Source of the DNA: Rhodosorus marinus CCMP1338
Taxonomy: Eukaryota; Plantae; Rhodophyta
Assembly (NCBI GenBank): GCA_029953675.1
Contig: JAMWBK010000011.1
Location: 992,001 to 1,056,000, forward strand
Direction of reading: 5' to 3'
DNA: 64,000 nucleotides
The notes beneath the pieces are model-generated. The model was not told the DNA's origin and did not search any database. It saw only the letters and a program-made list of their open reading frames with translations. Positions 1 through 10,655 of the stretch are shown here, one piece after another (position 1 is the stretch's first letter; each line of letters begins with the position of its first letter). Made by a program: the position numbers and the translations under genes.

Positions 1-2340
1 CCTTCCAAATATAACTCATCCGATTAGGAATAGAGTGAAAATCAATTAAATTGAAGCTTAAAAAAGCGGCCTGCCCTATCACTGTCGACTTCGGATGGGA
101 TCCTTCTGCACACATTTGCACTGACATTAAACCATTCGTTCGACATTCTCCGTGTTTTCATACGAATCAAACTTTTTGACTCCAGACTTGAGCTGCCGTT
201 GGCCGGGGTGCAGACGGATGAACAGTGATGGTATTTTGACGAAATGTGTGCTCTTCTTCAAGGCCTGGCAACCCCGTGCTCAATTGGTTGGTAAAACTAA
301 CAGTAAGTGCAACGGCTGCCCGTTGAGCGATACAAAAAATCATTTTGAGTTTTGGAAATTTTTGGCCAAAAAATGCAAGTATTCCGTAGATTCATCTATT
401 ATTAATTGAAAGTAGTGCTGCGGTTAAATACGATGAACACCACCATGGAGCCGGATGCTCATTCCCATCCGAGGTGCGCTCCGAAATCAGCATTCGCGTC
501 AGGCTCCATTCTCGTTTTTGGAAGGCAGGGTTCACCGGGCCTTTGTTCATTCGGTTCCATTTCCTCTTCCCCCCCGTCGAGAGTGTTTGAGGTAGCCACA
601 GAAATGGCCAACTCACATTTCTTCGAGCATCATCTTGAAGTCATTCAGCTATCCATACACCGAAAGTGTCCACCCTATCAAAATATCATCTGTGAGAAAA
701 TCTAAGTCTCATGGAGGGGGAAGCTGCGTTGAAACCCCTACCCTCCAGCAAAGAAGAACATGCTCCCGGGGGGGGGGTAATCCATACCTATTGAGCCCCA
801 TAACCAACACCACACCATCAAATATTTATTTATCATAATTCAATTTGTCACTCACCACAAAGAGATTTTTCACATCCAGCATCGCATAGAATAAGCCTTC
901 ACTCCCAAATTTCCGGGGAGGAGCTCGCTCGATCGATCGGATGCAACGGATCCGGTTAAAGGCCACTTCCCACAAAACCGTTGAGGTTCTCTAAGCGAAG
1001 TCAAGTGAAAAGTGGCTACTATTCTAATAATACCAACATGACGGCCGTACTCAGTTTTTACTTAATAACCAATTACATAAAAAACAGAGAGGTCCAGTCT
1101 CACAAGTTAATTTAATAGGATTATTTGTTACTTGGTAAAAAATTAGATAGATTGATATGGATTTTAGGAAATAAACAACCAAATACCAGGGAAATGTAAA
1201 GTTCTTGTCCCGAGAGGAAAAAAAGTTATTTTATTTAGGGAGAACCACGTCAACGGCGTTAAACATCTGATGTTGTACTATTGGATAGTTAGATGATGAT
1301 GAACTATCAATTGCTTTTTGGTATTGGGTTTTTGGGCCAAATTGCCCTAAAAAATGCTCGCTTTTTTCTTCTGTCGAAATGGTTTGTTATCTATTTTATT
1401 GTATTTAAAGGATTTTTAGTGGCTATTAAAAACCCCATTTAGGGCAATTCTTGAAGGCAGGTTTTTGCAGCGATTTTGGAAAATGAACGCAGATAAATTG
1501 AGCGCATCAAAATGGGACCAGCCCACTATGGAAAAAAATAACTGCCAACTCCGATTATTTAGGAGCGCAAAGTTGAGATTGAATATTCGAATATATTTCG
1601 GACTTCCTCTTTTATTGGTTGTTCGTAGCTGAAATGCAGAATATTTATAACCGTTTTCCCGCCTATCAATTGGGTCGTTGCAACGCGTGGACAATAAGGA
1701 CATTGAAAAAACTTTATAAATTAAACATACATTTTCAGATATGTCAGATGAAAATTTGTACGTTAGTTACTTCAATGGAAGAAACCGGTGTTTCTTGTTT
1801 GCGGCATTGTACTGTACCGTGGAACACGGCTCAACCTTCTTAGCGAGGGACTAGGGGGAAGAGTTCTTCTTTTCCGAGATTTTGGTGCCAAGACCGCGCA
1901 AAAGTCCGTGGACTGTTGCGCCTAAGGTGGCGAAAATAAGTAGAAAAGGTAAGCAGCACGTTAGACGGGAGTCCTCCTTGTTATGGTGGTTTTCGAGCAG
2001 GTTGGTATTGCGGATTCGTACTGAGAATCCGACTAGGGGCAAGGTTGTTTGGTGACAGCTTTTGTCAATACGCAGTCGTTGCAGGATCATAATAGGGTTA
2101 TCCCGAAGCAAAATAAGGCCCAAAGGCATTGGACAAGTCTAAAAAAAAATTTCGTCCCCCGGGGCACGAGTCGGAGGATCTCCCCCCCAAACCCAGAATC
2201 AAATGGTCTCCCCGGCAAGTTCTTGTGGAGCTTGCTTGTGGTGGGTTTCCTCGCAAAAATTTTTGATCGTTTTTTGTCGCCTTACCACATCCGATCTCTC
2301 CACTTTTCACATGGTTACTGTTTCCTTATCGCGCTTGACC

Positions 2341-2624
2341 ATTTTGGATCGAAATGAACCCCGTTGGATGCTTCAGAGCTGGAATTTAAACCTCGAAATA
2401 ACTGAATTCAGTGAAAGAAAAGTTACCCATACTGGATGAGTCTAACGGCTATTCTGCCCTGGGAATCCAGAGGGTTGCACTCGACAATTTTGGATCCAAA
2501 TCAACCCCGCGGAATGCTTCAGAGCTGGAATTTAAACCCCGAAATAACTGAATTCAGTGAACCACAAGTATCACAAACATACTGGACGAGTCTAACGGTT
2601 TTTCTACCCTGAGAATCCAGAGGG
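2341..2624. repeat. Imperfect direct repeat, two ~135-bp copies (2341-2474 and 2487-2624)
   Basis: Both copies start ATTTTGGATC, share GCTTCAGAGCTGGAATTTAAACC.CGAAATAACTGAATTCAGTGAA and GAGTCTAACGG, and end GAATCCAGAGGG. Confidence 0.8.
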
Positions 2625-2934
2625 AAGGATCTTCCCTCCGGTGCCAACGGCATGTGAGGAATATTTATATACCCATTCTTGATTGTGGTGGGTTTCCTCG
2701 TCCGTCCCTCTCTGACGGGTGTTCTTTTGGATGGTAGTGGGGGAGACGCAAGCTCACAAATATAATAGCTATACAAATTTATTCGTCAAGGAGTACTGTT
2801 TTGATAATTAAGTCACCCGTGAGGGGAACACCTCAAAGGAGCGTCGAATCAACCAACACAGCGATCCTCTCGCTTTAAAGTTGCTGGCATTTTAGTAACC
2901 TCAATTCCTCGCGATCTTGCTGTATAGTTCAATC

Positions 2935-3201
2935 TCACGTTGTTCCCAAGGAGCTCAACTGGTGGATCCCACGGCGAAAGACCTCATAGGTTGTAAGCAC
3001 CGGAGCCGACGTAAGGAGGGATCCCGCCAGCTGCAGCATAGAGGGAGCAGTCATCTATCCAGACCCCGTTCCTCTGGCGGCTCGGAACACCCCCATTGTC
3101 TCGCGCAAAGGTCAGCTCGTACTCGCCGGATTCTTTGATCATCACGTCGACTTCTTGATTGTTCCATTCGGCATTCGGTACCGGAAAACTATTTGGATCT
3201 G
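2935..3201 (-). pseudogene. Disrupted CBM-like module fragment directly downstream of hydrolase gene 1
   Basis: Translates FPVPNAEWNNQEVDVMIKESGEYELTFARDNGGVPSRQRNGVWIDDCSLYAAAGGIPPYVGSGAYNL*GLSPWDPPVELLGNN. This is nearly identical to module A2 of genes 2-4, with a TGA where gene 2 has Pro. Confidence 0.85.
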
Positions 3202-6200
3202 CTAGCGATCCCTGGACCTGAAGAGAGTACAAAAATCGACTATACACTCGCTTTCTCCGGTATTTCGGAGGACAACCTCGTGCGCTATTCCAGCCCCGTC
3301 GAAAACTAAATCCTCGTATCCCCACCGGCCACGCGATATTGGTACAGCAGACCCAGCCGTGTTCTTAGCTACGCGCTTACCCTTAAAAATAATCTCCATG
3401 GTTAGCAGTCCTGGTCCAGCTACATAACATCGTAGTCTATACCTTGTCCCCTTCACCATCTGGACGGCCTGCTTTGCTACGGTGCTCGACGGATAGATAT
3501 ACAGCGCTCGGGTACCGTCCAAAACTTCGAGCGTAGTAAACTGCACCCGACCGCTCAAATCCCAGTGGAATATTTTCCGCTCTTCAAAGCTAGGGTTTTT
3601 GATCTTCGCGTCTTTGCCTTGAAGATCGGCTTGTGGATCCCAGGGCTGGACCGTCTGTGGATAATCAAAAGACTCAGAACCTACAGGGGGTGCGAATCCC
3701 TCGAGAATAGGGTAGAGAGAGCACTCATCTGCCCACGCGCTTGCGGTCTGCTGGCTAGGCTGGCCGTGATCGTCACGCTCAAGAACGATGCTATACGTCA
3801 GTGATTTTCGAACTACAAAGTCGACCTCTTGGTTCCTCCACCTGGAGCCTGGAACGTTGAATGTATCTCCGATATTCTCACCAAATAAGGTAGAATCAGC
3901 CCTTATCAAAACACGTATGCTTCCTATCACGTAGCAGTGTAACCTGTACGCCACTTCTCGCTTCAGGGCCACACTTTGTGCGGCTGTGGAGCCTTCCTGG
4001 CGGAGTCTGAGGCCACGGTCTCCCACGAAGCTCTGGCCAACAGAGATACCAGCGCCATTGGACAGCAACCACGGCCCAGGCGCTTGCTCGAAACCGGAGT
4101 TTTGCAGAAGCTGCTCCGGTTCGGGGTAGGTCAAAGGTCCCGTGAACTTGAACAGCGTGCAAAAGTCGACTGTACACTCGCGCTTCCCGCTGTTATAGAG
4201 CGATACCTGATGAGCAATACCTTCCGCGTCGAACACCAAATCCTTGTATCCCCATGGACGACGGGAGAGGGACACAACAGGTCCAACAGAGTTCCTAGAG
4301 ATCCTTTCTCCTTTCAGAGCAACTTCCATACTGAGCGAACCTGGACCAGCGACATAGCATCGGAGCCTGTACCTCCGCCCCTTGGTCAAGAAAACCGTCT
4401 GCGTTGCGACGGTGTCAGACGGATAAACATACATCGCTCGGATTCCATGCAATGCCTCCAGTGATGTAAACTCTTGACGACCGCTGACCTTCCACTGAAA
4501 GCTCTTCTGCTTCTCGAAGCTGGGATTTTTAAGCTTTCCGTTGTCGCCCAGAAGAACGGCTGGTGGATCCCATGCCGAGGGACTGGGTGGGTAATGGAAG
4601 GACGGGGAGCCGATGTGTGGATATCCGTTGATAGATTCGTACAGCGAGCACTTGTCTGTCCAGACCCCGGACTCTTGTAGGCTAGGTTTGCCTTGATTGT
4701 CCCGTTCGAGCACTATCCTGTACTCACCAGACTTACGGACTGCAAAATCTACCTCTTGATTCTTCCAGCTCGAGTTTGAGTTGGGAGTATCAAACCAATC
4801 TCCGAGATTCTGTCCCACCAACGTCGAGTCAGCCCATACTGTAAACCGCAGGCTTCCCTTCACGTAGCAGTGCAACCTGTAGAAACCTACTCGCCTCAGA
4901 GGAACAATTTGAACGGCCTTGGACCCTTCGGCATTGAACCTCAGAGCTCGAGAACCTCTCCTCGACCTTGGAACAGTTTGCATCTCTGTGCTGTCAGAAA
5001 GCGACCAGACCGATGACCTTATCTCAAAACTTGGGTTCCTCAGAAGCTGCTCCGGCTCCGGATCTGTCAGAGGTCCGTCAAACTCAAAGAGCGTACAAAA
5101 ATCCACAAGGCAGTTATCCGTTCCAATGTTATAGATGGATAACTCGTGTGTGATTCCCTCCGCATCAAAGACCACATCTTTATATCCCCATGAACGCCGT
5201 CCAATGCGCTCAATGGGCCCGTACGAGTTCTTAGAAATCCTATCTCCCTTGAAAAGAACCTCCATTGTCACCGTTTCCTGCCCGGCGACATAGCACCGCA
5301 GCCTGTACCTCTTACCCTTATCAAGGGTGACGGTTTGCTTTACAACGGTGCTGGATGGATAGACCTCCATGGCCCTCGATCCTTCCAAAGCTTCGAGTGC
5401 CGTAAACCGCAAGCGCCCGGTCACCGTCCATCGAAAATCCTTCCAGTTCTCAAAGCTCGGGTTTCTGATCTTTCCGTTGTCGGCTAGAAGAAAGCCTGGT
5501 GGTTTCCACGTGGTGCGTTCTTGTGGGTACTTGATAGACTCAGAACCGACGAATGGTGGAACGTTGGGAGCAGAGTAGACAGAGCACTCATCCGCCCAGA
5601 CGCCAGGGATCTGCAGGTTTCGATTACCTCCATCATCTCGCTCCAGGACGATCTCGTACTCGCCCGAGTCACTAATGCGAAAGTCCAGCTCTTGACTCCT
5701 CCACGTTGAGTCAGGCGTGCTCATGGTTTCTCCAAGATTCTCTCCAAAGAACGTCGATTCAGCCTGTATGGAAAGCCGGATACTCCCTCTCACGTAGCAG
5801 TGCAATCTATAGACGTTGCTTCCCCTTAGGTAAACGCTCTGGACAGCCGTGGATCCTTCCTCTTCAAACTTGAGGCTACGGTCCCCAGTAAATACATGCG
5901 CCCGGCTGGTCACTGCACCGCGGGAGAGAGACCACGACTTGGCGCCTTCTTCAAAGCCAGAGTTCTTCAAGTGCTGCTCGGCATTTGGTGTTGACCTTCT
6001 TGGAAAGCTCTCCGTTCCAGTTGTTGTTCCGCACTTTGGTTGATCGTGGCTGCCGCCCAGGAGGCAGCAAGATGAGCCATCACACTCATCAACTTCCAAA
6101 ACTACGGTGCTCAGCCATCCTCCTCCGTCAGGGTACCGCACTTTGATCCGTGGCGCTGCTCCCAGCTCGGTTAGTGGGTACGTAATCACAAACGTGCCAA

Positions 6201-8031
6201 AATATTTGTTTCCATATGGCCTCTTTGGCCCTGCCATTCTGTGATCGTACTCGGCGATTGGTTGTTGGGCATCGTTTACCCAAACGCGGGGCTTGTCCTC
6301 AGTGTTGGGGTTTCTAGAGTGTCCGATACGAATATATCCAACGCCGTTCAGGCTCTGTGGAATGTCTTTGAACAGAAACGTATACGTCTCGTCCTCCTCA
6401 ATGGATACTGGAAACTCTCGACCTTTGTCTGTGCCATCGAAGATCTCCGCCATGTAGTGTCTAGATCGCTGCACCTTTCGGAGCTCAAGAACAGGCCTTT
6501 CAAAATTAACAGCCAATACGTGCATGGCCTCCGGTTGAATCTGAACGCTCTCCGGCACCGCGCTCAGTGTCTCGTTGCTCCACATCATCGTTCCCGCTCT
6601 CTTGAGTCTCTGGGCTCTGTCCTCCTCGGTCAAGTCGCTCTCCTCGAGCCAGATCTTTCTTTCAACGCAGCTTCTTACAGATCCTTGTCCGTACGGAAAT
6701 CTCAGATCGACCTTCACGGCATCGCCCTCCGTTGCCAGGTTCTGAAGAAGGATGTACGCCCGATTCGAGTTTGACACGACGTGTACCTTGACGTTCGGAT
6801 CATCGCTGTAAGAATACACAAAGTCTCCCTCGACGCCTTTGAACAACTCCAAGTAGTTCAGAAGTGGAGTCCAGGTGACCCTCTCCCCGCGTCCACCTTC
6901 CGTAAGCGACCACGGATATCGATGCGGCTGATTGCTGCGGTCGTCGTTGGGGTCCATAGTCAGAAAGTTAATAAACTTGAGGACATTGTCATGGACTCGC
7001 ATTGAGCTCATGAAAGCCTTGAAAGAGTCAGAGAGAATGATAAAATCCCTGCCTGATCTCGGCGGAGCGGGTAAGCCAGTTTTCTTCGGGTACCAGGACC
7101 CATCAAACGCTCCAGCCTCCGTGATCATGTACTTCACTGGTTTTCCATCATCGGATGTCTTCATGGTGTAGGTCTCGAGAAGATCCAGGTTGGCATCCTG
7201 AACAGCCCCTCCCGACGAATAGATGTGCTCTGAAATGAAGTCGAGACATCCCGCAAGGCGCGCAGAGTCGATGAAGTTCTTCATACGCGTCCGCCATCGG
7301 CCAAAGTCTTGCAGATGAGGTCTCGCACTGTTCGCCGCCGGGCCACCCACGATCATATCCGAGTGAGCCGAAGTGATCTCTCTGCACATCTGGCCGCAGA
7401 TGTTTCCAATTCTGGACACCACCGATGACTCCGTCTCCCCTTTGACCAGCCTGAAGTCCTTCCACACTCCCATCGGCTCATTGAAGCACTCCGCGTATCG
7501 TGGCTTTGGGTACCCCTTCTCTTCGCTGAAAAACGCGGTGTAGTAGCTCGCGGAAAACGCGGCAGCTCTGGAGATTTGATTGGCACTCCCTTGTATCCTC
7601 ATCAATTCCGTGGCTTTGTCGGTAGCGACTCGCTCCGCGTCAATCAACCTCTTCCTCATCGGGTTGCAATGACTGCACGTCATCCGACGAACAAACTCCC
7701 TCCCTTCCTCATCCAGCTCGTCCAGCCTGTTCGGAAAGGCGTTTGATCCTGCGAAGGGACCTTCGACTGAAGTCCTCGAAAACCGCACGTCCAGGTCCAC
7801 AACCACGTACTCCATTTTGTCCTGAGCGTTCGCCGGCGCCGCAAGGTTTCCGTGGACGTTGAAAAAGCGGTGTCGATCGAACACATGCTTTCCGTTGGTC
7901 ACCAACGTCGTTCGGAAGTCAACCGTAATAATCGCGCCCTCCACATGCAGCAGCAATAGCGTCAAAAGTACATGCACTGAGCCCATCCAGGCCATCCGTG
8001 CACCTGCGGTAGAAGCGGATAGTCTCTCCAT
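3202..8031 (-). CDS. Gene 1: secreted GH86 beta-porphyranase/agarase-like hydrolase with 3 pairs of CBM4/9-like modules (likely start ATG 7995 or 7986)
   Basis: 1609-aa intronless ORF. Hydrophobic signal (VLLTLLLLHVEG-A). N-terminal FDRHRFFNVH, acid/base CFNEP (E185), RMKNFID..LDFISEHIY, nucleophile MITEAG (E305), then a C-terminal beta domain and six NPSFE/NSGFE-initiated modules. Family call is from recalled GH86 motifs. Confidence 0.8.
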   Translation of the reverse strand: MERLSASTAGARMAWMGSVHVLLTLLLLHVEGAIITVDFRTTLVTNGKHVFDRHRFFNVHGNLAAPANAQDKMEYVVVDLDVRFSRTSVEGPFAGSNAFPNRLDELDEEGREFVRRMTCSHCNPMRKRLIDAERVATDKATELMRIQGSANQISRAAAFSASYYTAFFSEEKGYPKPRYAECFNEPMGVWKDFRLVKGETESSVVSRIGNICGQMCREITSAHSDMIVGGPAANSARPHLQDFGRWRTRMKNFIDSARLAGCLDFISEHIYSSGGAVQDANLDLLETYTMKTSDDGKPVKYMITEAGAFDGSWYPKKTGLPAPPRSGRDFIILSDSFKAFMSSMRVHDNVLKFINFLTMDPNDDRSNQPHRYPWSLTEGGRGERVTWTPLLNYLELFKGVEGDFVYSYSDDPNVKVHVVSNSNRAYILLQNLATEGDAVKVDLRFPYGQGSVRSCVERKIWLEESDLTEEDRAQRLKRAGTMMWSNETLSAVPESVQIQPEAMHVLAVNFERPVLELRKVQRSRHYMAEIFDGTDKGREFPVSIEEDETYTFLFKDIPQSLNGVGYIRIGHSRNPNTEDKPRVWVNDAQQPIAEYDHRMAGPKRPYGNKYFGTFVITYPLTELGAAPRIKVRYPDGGGWLSTVVLEVDECDGSSCCLLGGSHDQPKCGTTTGTESFPRRSTPNAEQHLKNSGFEEGAKSWSLSRGAVTSRAHVFTGDRSLKFEEEGSTAVQSVYLRGSNVYRLHCYVRGSIRLSIQAESTFFGENLGETMSTPDSTWRSQELDFRISDSGEYEIVLERDDGGNRNLQIPGVWADECSVYSAPNVPPFVGSESIKYPQERTTWKPPGFLLADNGKIRNPSFENWKDFRWTVTGRLRFTALEALEGSRAMEVYPSSTVVKQTVTLDKGKRYRLRCYVAGQETVTMEVLFKGDRISKNSYGPIERIGRRSWGYKDVVFDAEGITHELSIYNIGTDNCLVDFCTLFEFDGPLTDPEPEQLLRNPSFEIRSSVWSLSDSTEMQTVPRSRRGSRALRFNAEGSKAVQIVPLRRVGFYRLHCYVKGSLRFTVWADSTLVGQNLGDWFDTPNSNSSWKNQEVDFAVRKSGEYRIVLERDNQGKPSLQESGVWTDKCSLYESINGYPHIGSPSFHYPPSPSAWDPPAVLLGDNGKLKNPSFEKQKSFQWKVSGRQEFTSLEALHGIRAMYVYPSDTVATQTVFLTKGRRYRLRCYVAGPGSLSMEVALKGERISRNSVGPVVSLSRRPWGYKDLVFDAEGIAHQVSLYNSGKRECTVDFCTLFKFTGPLTYPEPEQLLQNSGFEQAPGPWLLSNGAGISVGQSFVGDRGLRLRQEGSTAAQSVALKREVAYRLHCYVIGSIRVLIRADSTLFGENIGDTFNVPGSRWRNQEVDFVVRKSLTYSIVLERDDHGQPSQQTASAWADECSLYPILEGFAPPVGSESFDYPQTVQPWDPQADLQGKDAKIKNPSFEERKIFHWDLSGRVQFTTLEVLDGTRALYIYPSSTVAKQAVQMVKGTRYRLRCYVAGPGLLTMEIIFKGKRVAKNTAGSAVPISRGRWGYEDLVFDGAGIAHEVVLRNTGESECIVDFCTLFRSRDR

Positions 8032-9808
8032 ACTGGAACTCTCGGACCTGTCACCTGCTTCTCAGCATCACCCTCCGAAGGCAACCCATTTGTCCTTGCA
8101 TCAGGTCGCCATCTTGAATCATTCTCTCCTCAGCTCGTCTGTGGCTGCTTCCAGCCCATCAATCCGTTCTCGGCCATGAAGTAGTCTCCTTAATCTTTTT
8201 TTGAACCTCTGGTTATGTTCTGTGCATTTCGTTCTTCAGAGGCAAGCGGATGCATAAAAAACAAGCTGATCAAGGGTGACCCATAATGCACCTCTGGCAG
8301 AGAAATTAACCCCGCTTTACACCAAAACTTATCGTATCTGCAACACGCCGTCATCCTCCCCAACAGCGCCGAGCAGCATTGGCAACCATATAGGAATGTT
8401 TTTTCTCAATCAACAAGGGATGGTTGATCGCAAAACATTTCAACCCCGATGCTGGACAACCGGGTAACGCCCGGGTTTTTTGTGCGGATTCTTCTTTTTG
8501 CATGTCGTGGATCGCACGAACTGCACGCCCGGTTCTTAACGAGCCAAATCATCATCCGAACAGGAAGAACTAACCAAAGCCCCTACGAACTTTTCTTTTG
8601 CCTTTCTGTTTTCCTCCTTGCTACTCGAAAGACGGGAGCGACATTCAAACCCTAATCCTCCCCACCCCTCCAGAGAATCCGTTTCATAGAGCATCTACAC
8701 AACTTGACTCAGTACCGTACGCAGTTTAGGCACAAACCAAGCTATCGTGCCTATTACCACATTTTTGCTGAAGGTAATGTTAGTAAAACCTTCAATACAG
8801 CTGCTTTAGAAAACCCTACTGTCCCCCACTCACACGCTCAGATATGTTTTTGGAATCCCGATCTTGTTTTGTCTCCCTAGCTAGCGCATCTCACAAGACC
8901 CCAGGCTCTTGGACAATCCGATTTGATCCAAATTCATAATTTGGAGAATACAATTAAAGGCATGCTACCTCATATCAGTAAAGCCACCACCTCACATCAT
9001 CTCATAAACTCCATAATTCAAACTTTCTCCCAAAATTATCACCCCGGACGCTTCCGACACGAGCAGCTTTTTCGTGCTCGCGCCCCTGTTTCAGAGCAGC
9101 AATACGTGGCCTTCCAAAAAAACACAACTGCGGCCTTCGCAATCGGTCCTGCCGGGAAGCAAAAAGTACTGATGCAACCCATACAGTCGCGTAAAAATCA
9201 ACCCACGCTTCAGTATTCAGTGGATTCAGCTACTCTGAAGAAATGTGAGGACATGCAACATCCTTTTCTTGTATTTTTTTCCTTCTCGGTTGTTCTTTTC
9301 AGTCTGACGAATAAACTGTTTCCAATTCTTAAGCGATGATTTCTAGTAGGCATCGATAACACCTCCTTCGCCCTCTGTGAAAACATTACTCAGCGCCCAT
9401 AGGGGGAGACGTAGATTGAAACCGTTCAACTGTGAGAGCTAGAAAAACGGATCCTGACCGTTGTGGTCAGAAATTCTCATTATTCCTGGTAGCTTAGCAC
9501 AAAAGGTGTGCGATACGAATATGGAGCCAAAGATGCCCCCGGCCCCGAGCGCTTAATCATGAGTGGAATCTATCGTCTGGATCCCGAGTTCAGGTCAACC
9601 ACTCAACGGCATGGACCCGCCATGTGCTGCTAACCCCCCTCCTCAAGCTATTTTTATCGATCCGTCCCTAAATCGGAATTATTGTAATTTCTGACCGTTT
9701 GGGTGGTGGTTGTTTTACCACAGTGCAACCTAAACGGTTGCACTTTAAGGTCCCTCCGCACTTACCCTCTTCCATCATTTTGCCAACTAGTCCAGTAAGG
9801 ACCTAGTT

Positions 9809-9847
9809 GGCTATGCTAATAAAGCCAGTCCAATAAAGCCAGTAAGG
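9809..9847 (+). mobile_element. Possible isolated 3'-tail relic of family A retroelement
   Basis: GGCTATGCTAATAAAGCCAGTCCAATAAAGCCAG resembles the family A tail GGCTATGCTAGTAAAGTCCAGTAAAGTCC at ~56082-56120. Confidence 0.35.
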
Positions 9848-10256
9848 ACCAATACCAATACACCCCCGGATCTCTTCCAAATGGAACACACATGAGCGAT
9901 TAGCACCCAAAACCTCATCCAAGTTGGATTCCACCAAGGAAAACCACCATGAACCCAAGCTTGATGTTGCATATTGAATACTGTAATAAAATAAGCTTTT
10001 GCTGTTGAACCGACAATGGACGATTCACTTTCTGATGTGCTTTATCATTATTTCAATATATTTAGGACCTGCGCGCTGGCCTTTTGAGTTCATCTTTGTT
10101 TTAAATATTTCGTTCATTGTAAGCATTCAATCAATAATAATAATTACGTTGATTCAATTGTGTGTTTGGTTGGAAAGTAAACGCTCTCGAGGGGGAGACA
10201 AAGAAAAATAGCTGAAGGAGTCAAATGGGGGGGGGAGGAAGGTCAACATCAAAGCA

Positions 10257-10655
10257 TCAAAGCCGCAGATAAATGCGACAAAGGAAAATTGGAAGAGGTA
10301 GACAGCGACGGGAGCTGGTTGGGGCGATGCTCTCTGAGCACCCCGCGGAACCATGGGGAATCAACAGAGTCCAGCACACACGCTTAATTGGTAACCGCCC
10401 ATTGGCTGAGTGGCTATAAAGATTTAATTTGAGCGAAAACAAGTAGAGAAGGAAAGGAACGAAAATGAAACTCTTAATTACCAACGGTACCAGGCGATGG
10501 GCTGAAGCCAAAGCTCGAAATTCTGGGGTAGGCAAAGCCCGTTTCTCAAGGTCAACAATACGCAGTACGACATACCCAGTACGCCGGTTGCCTTCACGAG
10601 TGACAGTGTGGTCGGGAACACGACTCTCCTCATTCAGATAGTCCGCCATGGGCAA
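10257..10655 (-). mobile_element. Degenerate family-B-like RLE domain fragment
   Basis: RVPDHTVTREGNRRTGYV matches RVADLVITCDDSRRTTYV of element B. RALASAHRLVPLVIKSF matches RASALAHRLVPLIIECF. Confidence 0.65.

Noticed and set aside
1340-1449. 12-bp inverted repeat AATTGCCCTAAA / TTTAGGGCAATT as a MITE
   Set aside because: Short, in AT-rich DNA, with no TSD and no second copy seen.
8923-9339. 138-aa ORF upstream of gene 1
   Set aside because: TTG start, no recognisable motif and no paralogue in the other units.
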